From an uncultured Lachnospiraceae bacterium (GTDB lineage: Bacteria; Bacillota; Clostridia; Lachnospirales; Lachnospiraceae), in NCBI GenBank assembly GCA_947625775.1, contig CANQPM010000016.1, positions 5,963-69,962 on the forward strand: a stretch of 64,000 bases of DNA. Direction: 5' to 3'. The position numbers were made by a program, and so were the translations under genes. Shown here one piece after another: positions 20,643 to 31,232 of this stretch. Position 1 is the first letter of the stretch, and each line of letters opens with the position of its first letter. The notes below the pieces were generated by a model. That model made no database searches and was not told the origin of the DNA. It was given only the letters and a program-made list of their open reading frames with translations.

Positions 20643-22442
20643 TTACAGCTTAAACATATGGATATCATCTACAAGGGTGTGAACCTTCTGCTCAAGCTCG
20701 TCAACTATGCTGCCTGAGTCCTCTACAAGCTGTGAAAGCTCTGCAGACATAGCCGCTGTCTCCTGTGTCATTGTCGCGTTGTCCTGCGCAAGATTGTTGA
20801 GCGTGTCGAGCGCATTTGTAACGCCTGAACGCTGCCTTTCGATATCGCCTGTCATATTGTCGATAACCCTTACAGCGGTTACGCAGTTGTCAAGCTCCTT
20901 GTAAAGCTGGTTGAAACATTCCTGCGTATCTGATATGCAGTCCACCTGCAAATCCACGGCGCCGCTTATCTCACGCATAATCTCGACTGACTGTGAGGCG
21001 TTGCGGAGCAGGTCGTCTACAATCTGGCTTATCTCCTCTACTGAGGCTGTTGACTGCTGCGCAAGCTTTCCGATTTCATCAGCAACTACTGCGAAGCCCC
21101 TGCCTGATTCGCCGGCTCTTGCCGCCTCAATGCTGGCATTGAGCGACAGCAGGCTCGTCTGGTCTGAAATCTCATTTATAAGGTTAGCGGCCATTTGGAT
21201 TTTCTGCACGGATTTGTTTGTCGCCTCTGTCTGTTCGTGCATTGCCGTTATGTTGCTGCGTGTCTTGTCGTTTGCGTCGATAAGCTGGTTTAATGTATTC
21301 ATTGACTTTTCACTGAGCTGCTTCATGTCGTTTGCGTTTTCGTCAAGGGTTTTGACCTCCTGCCCTGTCTTGTCAATGCTGCTGCCCATTACATCTGCCT
21401 CGTTTGAAGCGCTGTTTGTTGATGATGCCTGCGAGTTTACGTTGCTCGCGATAGAGTCAACCGCGGTCGAAACCTCTGAGATGGAGCTGCGCATATTGCC
21501 GAACATCTTTTCAAACTGTTCAAGGGCGCTGGTAACGCCGTCGACAACCTCGTTGATATTTTGAAGGAGCACGCGCGTATTGTTCTGCGCCTTCATAAGG
21601 GCGTCAGCCGTCTGTCCTATCTCGTTGTTTGTCTTGATGCTGATTGAGCCTGTCAGGTCGCCCGTGGCGAAGACGTCAGCATATGTGCGCATATCCCGCA
21701 GGGGCTTTACAAGCTGTCTGCTGTAAAGGTAAGCAAGCGCGAGCGCAATTGCCAGCACGGCTATAAATACGATGTCAACCCTGAGAAGAAGGGCGTGGTA
21801 TGTCGAGTCAAGCTGCTGCTTTACCTCAGCCGTAGCGAGATCAATATCGTCTATGTAGTTGCCCGTGGAGATTACCCAGCCCCAGGGCTCAAAAATCTGT
21901 GAGTAGGCAATCTTAGGCGCTACGGTCACGCCGTCAGACTTTGTGAAATAAAATTCATTGTAGCCGCCCTTTTCTTCGCTCTGGCATACCTGCATGATTG
22001 ACTGGACAATCTTCACGCCGTTGGGATCTGTGAGGTCGTAGCGGTTATTTCCTTCGTTTTCGGGAAGGATTGGATGCATGACAAGGATATAGTCAGTATC
22101 GTCAATCCAGAAATATCCGCTCTGGTCGTCGCGGTAGCGCATAGCGCGGACTGTTTCCTTTGCGTCATATTTTGCCTCGTCCTCGGTCTTTTCGCCTGCC
22201 GTATATTTGTCATATTCGCTCTGCAGTACAGAGATGGCGTTCTGCACCTGGGATTTAATCTCCGTGTTATAGCCTTCGTTTACCGCTTTTTCATATGTCT
22301 CATACGCATCTGACGTGAGGCTCTTGATTGATAGGACGGCATTTGCGCCGATACAAAGGGCTGTGATTACGGAAATAATAAGGCAGAGCACCATTATTGC
22401 CGTAGTCAGGCTTTTTTTCTTTCCGCGTTTTTCCTGTTCCAT
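20643..22442 (-). CDS. methyl-accepting chemotaxis protein (Cache sensor, HAMP, MA domain)
   Basis: N-terminal TM helix, extracellular Cache-like region ([16 protein letters not shown]), second TM helix, HAMP, signalling hairpin [30 protein letters not shown] 22442 is preferred over GTG 22451. Confidence 0.9.
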   Translation of the reverse strand: MEQEKRGKKKSLTTAIMVLCLIISVITALCIGANAVLSIKSLTSDAYETYEKAVNEGYNTEIKSQVQNAISVLQSEYDKYTAGEKTEDEAKYDAKETVRAMRYRDDQSGYFWIDDTDYILVMHPILPENEGNNRYDLTDPNGVKIVQSIMQVCQSEEKGGYNEFYFTKSDGVTVAPKIAYSQIFEPWGWVISTGNYIDDIDLATAEVKQQLDSTYHALLLRVDIVFIAVLAIALALAYLYSRQLVKPLRDMRTYADVFATGDLTGSISIKTNNEIGQTADALMKAQNNTRVLLQNINEVVDGVTSALEQFEKMFGNMRSSISEVSTAVDSIASNVNSQASSTNSASNEADVMGSSIDKTGQEVKTLDENANDMKQLSEKSMNTLNQLIDANDKTRSNITAMHEQTEATNKSVQKIQMAANLINEISDQTSLLSLNASIEAARAGESGRGFAVVADEIGKLAQQSTASVEEISQIVDDLLRNASQSVEIMREISGAVDLQVDCISDTQECFNQLYKELDNCVTAVRVIDNMTGDIERQRSGVTNALDTLNNLAQDNATMTQETAAMSAELSQLVEDSGSIVDELEQKVHTLVDDIHMFKL

Positions 22443-22656
22443 CTTTTTCACTCCTTATCTTTATTGGACATTAATAATAACGTCTTTTTTAATTTTACTA
22501 TTATAATTAGTAAAAATCAATATATCATTGTATTTTTTTGGCGTTATTTGTTGTGTTAATGCACAAAGGCGCATAAGTTTCAGGCAGCGGAAAGCACCGG
22601 GGGACTTGCGGGGCATATAATAATAGTAGTTATAGGGAATTGCGGAGGCGACGGAT

Positions 22657-23232
22657 ATGCTGCTGTTTGTGAAAATTAAGCGGGCGCTTGCAATGGGTTT
22701 TGGGAAGCTTGCGGGAAGGCTGGGATACAATATTTCCAGTGAAATGTGCATAAAGGATATGCTTACGGGGCTGCTGAACAGGAACTATTACCAGCAGAGG
22801 CTTGAATGGTACAAAAATGCTGGAAAAAATTCGATTGCCTGTATATACTGTGACGTAAACGGGCTGCATGAGCTAAACAATACAAAAGGCCATGAGGCTG
22901 GGGACAGAATGCTTATTTTCGTGGCTGAAACTATGCAGAAGCAGTTTGGGGAGGAGCATACCTACAGGATAGGCGGGGATGAGTTTGTGGCTTTTGCGCC
23001 TGATGCGGCATATGACGACGTGGAAAAGAGGGCGGCGCAGATTAAGAGAACGCTTGCGGAAAATAATTATTATGCTTCGATTGGAATAAGCTGGTCGTTA
23101 AGCAGCGCGGTAAAGGATATATGCGCTCTCGTGGAGCGCGCCGAGGAAAATATGTATAAGGATAAGCGCAGGTATTATCAGGAAAAAGGCGCTGACGGGA
23201 GAAAGGCGCGCAAAACGCCCGCGAAGAAATGA
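22657..23232 (+). CDS. stand-alone GGDEF diguanylate cyclase
   Basis: LTGLLNRNYY, DVNGLHELNNTKGHEAGDRML and an intact RIGGDEF active site. No obvious sensor domain. Confidence 0.8.
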   Translation: MLLFVKIKRALAMGFGKLAGRLGYNISSEMCIKDMLTGLLNRNYYQQRLEWYKNAGKNSIACIYCDVNGLHELNNTKGHEAGDRMLIFVAETMQKQFGEEHTYRIGGDEFVAFAPDAAYDDVEKRAAQIKRTLAENNYYASIGISWSLSSAVKDICALVERAEENMYKDKRRYYQEKGADGRKARKTPAKK

Positions 23233-23417
23233 GCAGCGGCAATTCAAGCAGTCAGACGCCCCTTTGGTGTTTTCGGCGCGCAGGCATTCTGTCTTTATCA
23301 CTTATCTTTATCAAAAAGTATGGCAACTATTTGATTAATATGCTAATATATATGTAACACACCAATACGCATAAAACCAGTCATAAAATAAATAATAACG
23401 AAAGGTATGGTAAACAT

Positions 23418-24356
23418 ATGTCAAGTGTCAGCATTGAAAGCCTGATAGAAAAGTTCGGGCTTACTAATTTAACTCCGCAGGTGGATATTTCAAATATCAA
23501 AATCCAGCAGCCCGACATAAACAAGCCGTCTCTGCAGCTTGCGGGATATTTTGAGCATTTTGAGGAATCAAGGGTGCAGATAATCGGATTTGTCGAACAT
23601 TCTTATATCGGATATATGACGCAGGAGCAGAAGGAAACAGTCTTTCCAAGGCTTCTCACGGACAAGACTCCCTGCATAATCTTCTGTAGGAGCCTGAAGC
23701 CTGACGATGTATTTCTCGATATGGCGATAAAAAATAACGTGCCGCTGCTGCTCACGGATAAGCCGACATCAGCGTTTATGGCTGAGATAATCCGCTGGCT
23801 CAACGTAAAGCTTGCGCCCTGCATATCGGTACATGGCGTGCTTGTGGACGTATATGGCGAGGGCGTGCTTATCACAGGCGAGAGCGGCATCGGCAAGAGC
23901 GAGGCGGCGCTGGAGCTTGTAAAGCGCGGGCACAGGCTTGTGTCTGATGATGTAGTGGAGATAAGAAAGGTGAGCGACGACACGCTTGTAGGCTCGGCTC
24001 CCGACGTCACGCGCCATTTCATAGAGCTAAGGGGCATAGGCATAATAGACGTCAAGACGCTTTTCGGCGTGTCAAGCGTCATGGACACGACAAACATAAA
24101 CCTTGTAATCAGGCTCGAGGACTGGGATAAGGAGAAAAAATACGACCGTTTAGGTCTTGAAGAAAACTATACTGAATATCTTGGTAATAAGATAGTGTGC
24201 CACAACATACCCATAAGACCGGGGCGCAACCTCGCAATCATCTGCGAATCGGCCGCGGTAAACCACAGGCAGAAAAAGATGGGCTACAACGCGGCACAGG
24301 AGCTTTACCACCGCGTGCAGAGCCAGCTTGCGAACCCGCGCGGGGAAGACGACTAA
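23418..24356 (+). CDS. hprK: HPr kinase/phosphorylase
   Basis: Walker A GESGIGKSE and the HprK signature HRLVSDDVV...ELRGIGIIDV. Confidence 0.9.
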   Translation: MSSVSIESLIEKFGLTNLTPQVDISNIKIQQPDINKPSLQLAGYFEHFEESRVQIIGFVEHSYIGYMTQEQKETVFPRLLTDKTPCIIFCRSLKPDDVFLDMAIKNNVPLLLTDKPTSAFMAEIIRWLNVKLAPCISVHGVLVDVYGEGVLITGESGIGKSEAALELVKRGHRLVSDDVVEIRKVSDDTLVGSAPDVTRHFIELRGIGIIDVKTLFGVSSVMDTTNINLVIRLEDWDKEKKYDRLGLEENYTEYLGNKIVCHNIPIRPGRNLAIICESAAVNHRQKKMGYNAAQELYHRVQSQLANPRGEDD

Positions 24357-24419
24357 TCCTGCGTTGCCAAGGAGCATTTTAAACGCGCAGGCAAAAATAA
24401 AATCAAAAAGGAGAAGGTT

Positions 24420-25355
24420 ATGAATAAATACTGTTTTGGAGTTGATTTAGGAGGCACTACGGTAAAGATAGGTCTTTTTGATCCCGAGGGCTCTGTTTTG
24501 GAAAAATGGGAAATCCCTACAAGGAAAGACGACAGCGGCAACAATATCCTGCCCGACATTGCAAACGCGATACTCGGCAAGATGGCTGAGATGAATATCA
24601 CGAGGGACTCTGTCACAGGCGTAGGCATCGGAGTGCCGGGACCAGTAGACAGTGACGGCGTGGTGCACAGGGCGGTAAACCTTGGCTGGGGCGTCATGAA
24701 TATAAATGACGTGCTCGGCGGTCTTCTGCAGCTTCCCGTAAAGTCTGCAAACGACGCAAACGTCGCGGCGCTTGGCGAGATGTGGTGCGGCGGCGGAAAA
24801 GGCTGCAAAAACATGGTGCTTGCAACGCTTGGCACAGGCGTAGGCGGCGGCATAATAGCCGAGGGCAAAATCCTCACGGGCGCTATGGGCGCGGGCGGAG
24901 AGATAGGCCACATTCATATGAATGACAATGAGCAGGAGGAGTGCGGCTGCGGTAACTTTGGCTGCCTTGAGCAGTACGCGTCTGCTACGGGAGTGGTAAG
25001 GCTTGCCGCAAGAAAGCTGGCATCAGTAAATGACGACAGTGTTTTAAGAAACGGAGAGCTTAGCGCCAAGGCAGTGTTTGACGCTGTAAAGGCGGGCGAC
25101 AAGGTGGCATGCGAGATAGCCGAGCAGTTCGGCGAATACCTCGGCAAAGGCCTTGCGATGGTAGCCTGCGTGGTAAATCCCGAGGTAATCGTGCTTGGCG
25201 GCGGCGTGTCAAAGGCAGGGGAAGTCCTGTGTGAATACGTGTCAAAGTATTATGAAAAATATGTTCATTTTGCAAGCAGAAAAGCCGAGTTCCGCCTTGC
25301 CTCGCTTGGCAACGACGCGGGCATTTACGGAGCGGCAAAGCTTGTGTTAGAGTAG
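24420..25355 (+). CDS. glcK: ROK family glucokinase
   Basis: ATP-binding GVDLGGTTVK, ROK zinc motif CGCGNFGCLEQYAS. Confidence 0.85.
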   Translation: MNKYCFGVDLGGTTVKIGLFDPEGSVLEKWEIPTRKDDSGNNILPDIANAILGKMAEMNITRDSVTGVGIGVPGPVDSDGVVHRAVNLGWGVMNINDVLGGLLQLPVKSANDANVAALGEMWCGGGKGCKNMVLATLGTGVGGGIIAEGKILTGAMGAGGEIGHIHMNDNEQEECGCGNFGCLEQYASATGVVRLAARKLASVNDDSVLRNGELSAKAVFDAVKAGDKVACEIAEQFGEYLGKGLAMVACVVNPEVIVLGGGVSKAGEVLCEYVSKYYEKYVHFASRKAEFRLASLGNDAGIYGAAKLVLE

Positions 25356-25368
25356 GTGGGATTGTTTT

Positions 25369-26322
25369 TTGGACAATAAAGCGTCACAGCGCTTAGCGCA
25401 GAAATTAAAGATTTTTTTACCACCTGAAAACATTTTCACAGACGAGCCGATGTCAAGGCATACGACGTTTAAGGCAGGCGGCGCGGCGGACCTGTTTGTG
25501 GAAATCAAGTCAAGGGAGGAGCTGTCAAATGCCATAAAAACGCTTTCGGAGGAGGGCATATTGCTTTCCGACGGCGGATTTTACATTATTGGAAACGGCA
25601 GCAACCTTTTAGTGAGCGATAAAGGGCTTCATAAGCCAGTGCTTCATATTGCGAAAGAATTTAATAATATATCTTTGGATAAAGGCGGCAAAGGCGGAAC
25701 GCTTACCTGCGAGGCAGGCTGCACTCTGGCGGCAATCGCAAAATTTGCGCTTGACAATTCGCTCGCAGGCTTTGAGTTTGCGGCGGGTATTCCAGGAAGC
25801 CTTGGCGGTGCGGTGGTGATGAACGCGGGCGCTTACGACGGCGAAATGAAGCAGGTGGTAAAAAGCGTGCGCCTTATGACGGAGACAGGGAATATTGTCG
25901 AAAAAAGCGCTGATGAGATGAAGTTTTCCTACAGGCACAGTCTTTTAAAGGAGGAGAGCCTTATTGTGCTTGATGCCAGGATATATCTGTCAATGGGAAA
26001 TTATGAAGATATAAAGGCAAGGATGGACGATTTGGCGTATCGGCGGCGCGATAAGCAGCCGCTGGAGTACCCAAGCGCGGGCTCGACATTTAAGCGCCCC
26101 GAAGGGTATTTTGCGGCAAAGCTCATTCAGGACGCGGGACTTAGGGGCTTTAGCGTCGGGAACGCGCAGGTTTCCGAAAAACACTGCGGTTTTATTGTAA
26201 ATAAGGGTAATGCCACGGCATCGCAGATATACGCGCTTATAAAAGAAGTGCAGAGGCGTGTCAGGGAAAGTGCGGGTGTGGATATTGAGACGGAGGTCAT
26301 ATGCCTTGGCGAGTTTGAGTGA
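25369..26322 (+). CDS. murB: UDP-N-acetylenolpyruvoylglucosamine reductase
   Basis: HTTFKAGGAADLF, GNGSNLLV, AGSTFKRP and SEKHCGFIVN motifs; TTG start. Confidence 0.9.
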   Translation: MDNKASQRLAQKLKIFLPPENIFTDEPMSRHTTFKAGGAADLFVEIKSREELSNAIKTLSEEGILLSDGGFYIIGNGSNLLVSDKGLHKPVLHIAKEFNNISLDKGGKGGTLTCEAGCTLAAIAKFALDNSLAGFEFAAGIPGSLGGAVVMNAGAYDGEMKQVVKSVRLMTETGNIVEKSADEMKFSYRHSLLKEESLIVLDARIYLSMGNYEDIKARMDDLAYRRRDKQPLEYPSAGSTFKRPEGYFAAKLIQDAGLRGFSVGNAQVSEKHCGFIVNKGNATASQIYALIKEVQRRVRESAGVDIETEVICLGEFE

Positions 26323-26353
26323 CATTGACATTGGATAACGGAGGCGAGCGGCG

Positions 26354-27205
26354 ATGAGATTTGTAATAGTGACAGGCATGAGCGGCGGCGGGAAATCCAC
26401 GGCTATGAAAATGCTCGAGGACGCGGGCTTTTACTGCGTGGACAATATGCCCGTGGCGCTGATTGAAAAGTTTATGGAGCTTATTTCAATGCCCGACAGC
26501 GACATTCAGAAAGCCGCCCTCGGGCTTGATGTGCGCGCCAGCCAGTCATTTGCGGAGGTAAATGACATTGTGACAGGGCTGAGGAAAAATTATACATTTG
26601 AGATACTTTTTCTTGAAGCGTCGGACAATGTGATTTTAAAGCGTTACAAGGAGACAAGGCGCGTGCATCCGCTTTCCATAGAGGGTGATCTGATGAGCGG
26701 CATAAAGCGGGAGAGGGAGATGCTCTCAGGCATAAGGGCGCAGTCGGAGTATGTCATCGACACGACAAACCTTCTCACGCGTGAGCTGAAAGCCGAGCTC
26801 GACAGAATTTTTGTGCAAAACCAGGACTATAACAGCCTTATGATAAATGTAATGTCCTTCGGCTTTAAGCATGGCATACCGCAGGACGCGGATCTTGTCT
26901 TTGACGTGAGATTTCTTCCCAATCCGTTTTATATTGACGATTTAAAGCAGAAAACCGGGCTTGACAAGGAGGTTCAGGACTATGTGATGAGCTTCAATGA
27001 GGCGCATGTGTTTCTGGACAAGCTCACTGACATGATAAGCTTTCTCATACCAAACTATATTAACGAGGGCAAATACCAGCTTGTCATCGCGATAGGCTGC
27101 ACGGGCGGGCAGCACAGGAGCGTGACGCTTGCGGGCGAGCTTTATAAGCGCTTGAAGGACAAGGGGGATTACGGGCTCACGCTGCGCCACAGGGACATTA
27201 AGTAA
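26354..27205 (+). CDS. rapZ: RNase adapter/nucleotide-binding protein RapZ (YvcJ)
   Basis: VTGMSGGGKSTA P-loop and C-terminal IGCTGGQHRSV motif. Confidence 0.9.
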   Translation: MRFVIVTGMSGGGKSTAMKMLEDAGFYCVDNMPVALIEKFMELISMPDSDIQKAALGLDVRASQSFAEVNDIVTGLRKNYTFEILFLEASDNVILKRYKETRRVHPLSIEGDLMSGIKREREMLSGIRAQSEYVIDTTNLLTRELKAELDRIFVQNQDYNSLMINVMSFGFKHGIPQDADLVFDVRFLPNPFYIDDLKQKTGLDKEVQDYVMSFNEAHVFLDKLTDMISFLIPNYINEGKYQLVIAIGCTGGQHRSVTLAGELYKRLKDKGDYGLTLRHRDIK

Positions 27206-27247
27206 TTTGAGAGGGTTAGACGTGCAGAGGGGCGGAGGGCAGGGCAT

Positions 27248-28123
27248 ATGTCATTTTCGGGAAATATAAAAGATGAACTTGTAAAGGCTGAGGGCTCGGC
27301 AAGGCACTGCAGGATAGCGGAGCTTGCCGCCCTTCTTGTCTATTCGCGCTCATTGAAAAATTCAAGGATAGAGCTTCCGGCGGACTCGCCGCTTGTGGCT
27401 CAAAAGAGCAGGACACTTATAGAACAGCTTTTCAATATAAATATGAATGAAATAAGCGCGGACTACTGCGTTTATGACAGCGACGCTTCGCAGAAGGTGT
27501 TTCAGACAATAAAGCATACGGAAAACGCCATGACCGTCAATCCGCTTGTGATAAAGAGCCTGTGCTGCAAGCGCTGTTTTCTGCGCGGGGCTTTTTTGAG
27601 CGTCGGCTCTATGAGCAACCCTGAAAAGGGGTATCACCTTGAATTTGTGTGTGATGATGAAAAGCAGGCGGAGCAGATTATAGAGACGCTTTCCGTGTTT
27701 GACATTGCGGGCAAGCTGGTGCTCAGAAAACGCTATTATGTAGTCTATATAAAGGAGAGCGAGGAGATAGTAGAGCTCCTAAACGTCATAGGCGCCCATA
27801 TGTCCCTTATGAATCTGGAAAATCTGCGGATATTAAAGGATATGAGAAATTCCATCAACAGGCGCGTAAACTGCGAGGCGGCGAATATCACAAAGACCGT
27901 AAACGCGGCATCTAAGCAGATAGAGGACATTCAGTATATAAAGGAGCGCTACGGCTTTGACAGGCTTTCCGACAACCTGAGGGAGGCAGCGCAGGCGCGT
28001 CTTGAATATCCAGACGCCACATTAAAGGAGCTTGGCGAGCTTTTGACGCCCGCGGTCGGCAAGTCGGGCGTAAACCACAGGCTGAGAAAGCTGAGCGAGC
28101 TTGCCGAAAAGCTTAGGGGCTGA
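27248..28123 (+). CDS. whiA: DNA-binding protein WhiA
   Basis: MSFSGNIKDEL N-terminus, degenerate LAGLIDADG region, C-terminal HTH (KSGVNHRLRKL). Confidence 0.9.
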   Translation: MSFSGNIKDELVKAEGSARHCRIAELAALLVYSRSLKNSRIELPADSPLVAQKSRTLIEQLFNINMNEISADYCVYDSDASQKVFQTIKHTENAMTVNPLVIKSLCCKRCFLRGAFLSVGSMSNPEKGYHLEFVCDDEKQAEQIIETLSVFDIAGKLVLRKRYYVVYIKESEEIVELLNVIGAHMSLMNLENLRILKDMRNSINRRVNCEAANITKTVNAASKQIEDIQYIKERYGFDRLSDNLREAAQARLEYPDATLKELGELLTPAVGKSGVNHRLRKLSELAEKLRG

Positions 28124-28202
28124 GAAGCCGAAGGCAGTAAGCGCAAGATTTTGAAACAGCGTATGGCTTGTCAGGCAGGCAGCGCAGAAATGGGGTAAAA
28201 TA

Positions 28203-29126
28203 ATGGGGAACTTACAGAAAAATAAGAAAGCCCTGTTTATCGTAAACCCGTATTCGGGCAAAGGGCTTATCAAAAATCATATTTTGGAAATAATTGACAT
28301 AATGGTAAAGGCGGGGTATGAAATGACCGTCTATACCACGCAGGAGCGCGGCGATGCGATACGCGCCGTAAAGGAGCGCGATGCGTCATATGAGCTTGTG
28401 GTGTGCAGCGGCGGCGACGGCACGCTTGATGAAATTGTCACGGGAATGCTGCAGTCGGGCTTTAAGACGACTATAGGCTATATTCCTGCGGGCAGCACAA
28501 ATGATTTCGCAAACAGCTTAAAGCTTCCCGCGAGCATGAAGAAGGCTGCGGAGATTGTCGCAGGCGGTGAGATTTTCCCATGTGACGCGGGACTGTTCAA
28601 CAACGACATCTTTGTGTATATCGCGGCGTTTGGGCTTTTCACGGAGGTGTCATACGGCACTCCGCAGGAGATGAAAAATATGCTCGGTCATATGGCGTAC
28701 ATTCTCGAGGGCGTAAAGCACCTGCAGAACATAAAATCCTACCATATGAAGGTGGTCTGCAGAGACGGTGAGCTCTCGCCAGCGGAACAGACTATCGAGG
28801 ACGATTTTATATTCGGAATGGTGACTAATTCGCTTTCAGTCGGCGGCTTTAAAGGAATAACAGGAAAGAACGTTCTTTTAAATGACGGGCTTTTTGAGGT
28901 GGTGTTTATCAAACGCCCGAGAAATCCCATGGAGCTGAACGCGATACTAAGCGCTTTGGTGAGCGAGAAATTTGACACAAACCTTATGTACAGCTTTAAG
29001 GCGGGCGGGCTCTATATTGAGGCGCAGGACGAGGTCGCATGGACGCTCGACGGAGAATTTGGCGGAAAGCACAGGACAGTCACGCTTAAAAATAAGCAGA
29101 AGGCTATAGACATAATGGTGAAATAA
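28203..29126 (+). CDS. diacylglycerol/lipid kinase family protein (YegS/BmrU-like)
   Basis: FIVNPYSGKG and GGDGTLDE motifs. Confidence 0.85.
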   Translation: MGNLQKNKKALFIVNPYSGKGLIKNHILEIIDIMVKAGYEMTVYTTQERGDAIRAVKERDASYELVVCSGGDGTLDEIVTGMLQSGFKTTIGYIPAGSTNDFANSLKLPASMKKAAEIVAGGEIFPCDAGLFNNDIFVYIAAFGLFTEVSYGTPQEMKNMLGHMAYILEGVKHLQNIKSYHMKVVCRDGELSPAEQTIEDDFIFGMVTNSLSVGGFKGITGKNVLLNDGLFEVVFIKRPRNPMELNAILSALVSEKFDTNLMYSFKAGGLYIEAQDEVAWTLDGEFGGKHRTVTLKNKQKAIDIMVK

Positions 29127-29167
29127 AAAATAAGGCGCAAATAGTCCTAAAAAGACCTGTTAAAAAA

Positions 29168-29196
29168 TTGACATTTGGCAATATTAGGGATATACT
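29168..29196 (+). promoter_or_regulatory. sigma-A type promoter candidate for fba (TTGACA, 17 nt spacer, TATACT)
   Basis: TTGACA 29168-29173, 17-nt spacer, TATACT 29191-29196. Confidence 0.5.
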
Positions 29197-29256
29197 ATTT
29201 TTATCGGTAAAAACAGCGGATCGATTAAATCTAATATTAAATGGAGGTTGGTTTCA

Positions 29257-30120
29257 ATGTTAGTATCAGCTACAGAGATGCTTAAAAAAGCAAAGGAAGG
29301 CCACTATGCTGTAGGCCAGTTCAACATCAACAATCTTGAGTGGACAAAGTCTATTCTGCTCACGGCACAGGAGTTAAACAGCCCTGTCATTCTCGGCGTT
29401 TCAGAAGGCGCAGGCAAATATATGACAGGCTTTAAGACAGTTGCCGCAATGGTAAAGGCTATGGACGAGGAGCTTAAAATCACGGTTCCCGTTGCGCTCC
29501 ATCTTGACCACGGCACATACGAAGGCTGCTACAAGTGCATCAAGGCAGGCTTTACATCTATAATGTTTGACGGCTCTCACTATCCAATCGAGGAGAACAT
29601 CGCAAAGACGACTGAGCTTGTTGCGGTAGCGCATAACTTAGGCCTTTCAATTGAGGCAGAGGTAGGCGCAATCGGCGGCGAGGAAGACGGCGTAGTAGGT
29701 ATGGGCGAGTGCGCTAATCCCGACGAGTGCAAGTCAATCGCTGATTTAGGCGTAGATATGCTTGCGGCAGGCATCGGCAATATCCACGGCAAATATCCCG
29801 CAAACTGGGCAGGCTTAAGCTTCGAGACGCTTGACGCTATCCAGCAGAAGACAGGCGTTATGCCTTTAGTTCTTCACGGCGGTACAGGCATCCCCGAGGA
29901 TATGATTAAGAAAGCTATCTCACTCGGCGTTGCAAAGATTAACGTTAATACAGAGTGCCAGCTTTCATTTGCTGACGCTACGCGCAAATATATAGAGGCA
30001 GGCAAAGACCTTGAGGGCAAGGGCTTTGATCCCCGTAAGCTCCTCGCTCCTGGCGCAGAAGCCATCAAGGCTACTGTAAAGGAAAAGATGGAGCTGTTCG
30101 GCTCAGTAGGTAAGGCGTAA
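29257..30120 (+). CDS. fba: class II fructose-1,6-bisphosphate aldolase
   Basis: YAVGQFNINNLEW, HLDHG, LVLHGGTG motifs; ATG 29257 follows GGAGG. Confidence 0.9.
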   Translation: MLVSATEMLKKAKEGHYAVGQFNINNLEWTKSILLTAQELNSPVILGVSEGAGKYMTGFKTVAAMVKAMDEELKITVPVALHLDHGTYEGCYKCIKAGFTSIMFDGSHYPIEENIAKTTELVAVAHNLGLSIEAEVGAIGGEEDGVVGMGECANPDECKSIADLGVDMLAAGIGNIHGKYPANWAGLSFETLDAIQQKTGVMPLVLHGGTGIPEDMIKKAISLGVAKINVNTECQLSFADATRKYIEAGKDLEGKGFDPRKLLAPGAEAIKATVKEKMELFGSVGKA

Positions 30121-30150
30121 GCTTTTTGAAAAATACAGGGTGTTAAAGCT

Positions 30151-30190
30151 AAAACAGGACAAAGGCGGAGAGGGCTTTGTCCTGTTTTTT
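30151..30190 (+). terminator. intrinsic terminator of fba
   Basis: 14-bp stem AAAACAGGACAAAG/CTTTGTCCTGTTTT followed by TT. Confidence 0.75.
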
Positions 30191-30299
30191 GAATATAATA
30201 AAAAAGTTTTGCGGTTGTATAATGAATATAGTATATTAAACTGTTGAAAATTTGTAATCAGTCAAAATGGAGTAAGGATAATTATAAAAGGAGACAAAT

Positions 30300-31229
30300 A
30301 TGGCAAACAAAAACAATGACGAACTCTCACTGATAGTCCCGTCCGAATATGTGAGAAATTATATGCAGACCACAGGCTGGCGTTTCACTGATGCACAGAA
30401 AGCGACACTTTTGATGTATGGCGGACTTACTCTGAAAGAGCAGCATACTTATTTGCAGGCATTGCAGGAGAGCACTTCAGACCAAGAGCTGAAAGAGCGG
30501 CTTGCGAGATATTTGGATACAGAAGCTTTAAAATTTCAAGCCTTTAAGGAAAATCCCGACAGGGCATATATTTATATATTGAAGGTGAATGATGACAATG
30601 AATCATATTCTAATATAATGCCCGAAGAATACTTCTTTGACTTTGAGATCGCATGTGAATGCGGGCATGAAACAGGGCAGCCGTTTAAGGTTGAAAAGTA
30701 TCTGGTTACAGTTTCCGGGGCTGACAGCAGTTATGTTTCCAGTGTTACATGGCTTGAATTTAATAAGGCGGGCGAAGCTGTATATTTTTGCGGAAGGCTT
30801 TCTGATGAAGATGGAGAAATAAACGAAGCCTTTTATGATTTCTTTGAAGTGCCGAACCCGTTTGAAAAAGGGGATATTGTAAGGTTTGCAGGTACAGAGG
30901 ATTACGGTATTGTGTCCGAATCTCAAAAAGACTGGAAAGAATATCTGGACAAATACAGATCTGACGAATGGCGGAAGAAAGGAATTACGCTTGATTTCTC
31001 TGACGCGCAGATTGTGGTGGAATTTTTGGGAGACGACGGTACATTTGGACATGACCATATCAATCCGATATATCTGGAGCTGTATCAGCCTGAGGCAGAT
31101 CGGTCCAATCGCAGTCCGATGGACAATCTGCTTATAGCTGCCAGTGACCTTCATAGAGGAGAAGGCTCTTTGGAGGGGCTGTATATACTGACTGAGATAT
31201 ACCGCAATCATATCAGAGAAAATGAGTGA
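30300..31229 (+). CDS. hypothetical protein
   Basis: 309-aa ORF with an AAAGGAG RBS. I recognise no motif. It is the first gene of the variable region after fba. Confidence 0.5.
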   Translation: MANKNNDELSLIVPSEYVRNYMQTTGWRFTDAQKATLLMYGGLTLKEQHTYLQALQESTSDQELKERLARYLDTEALKFQAFKENPDRAYIYILKVNDDNESYSNIMPEEYFFDFEIACECGHETGQPFKVEKYLVTVSGADSSYVSSVTWLEFNKAGEAVYFCGRLSDEDGEINEAFYDFFEVPNPFEKGDIVRFAGTEDYGIVSESQKDWKEYLDKYRSDEWRKKGITLDFSDAQIVVEFLGDDGTFGHDHINPIYLELYQPEADRSNRSPMDNLLIAASDLHRGEGSLEGLYILTEIYRNHIRENE

Positions 31230-31232
31230 GAT

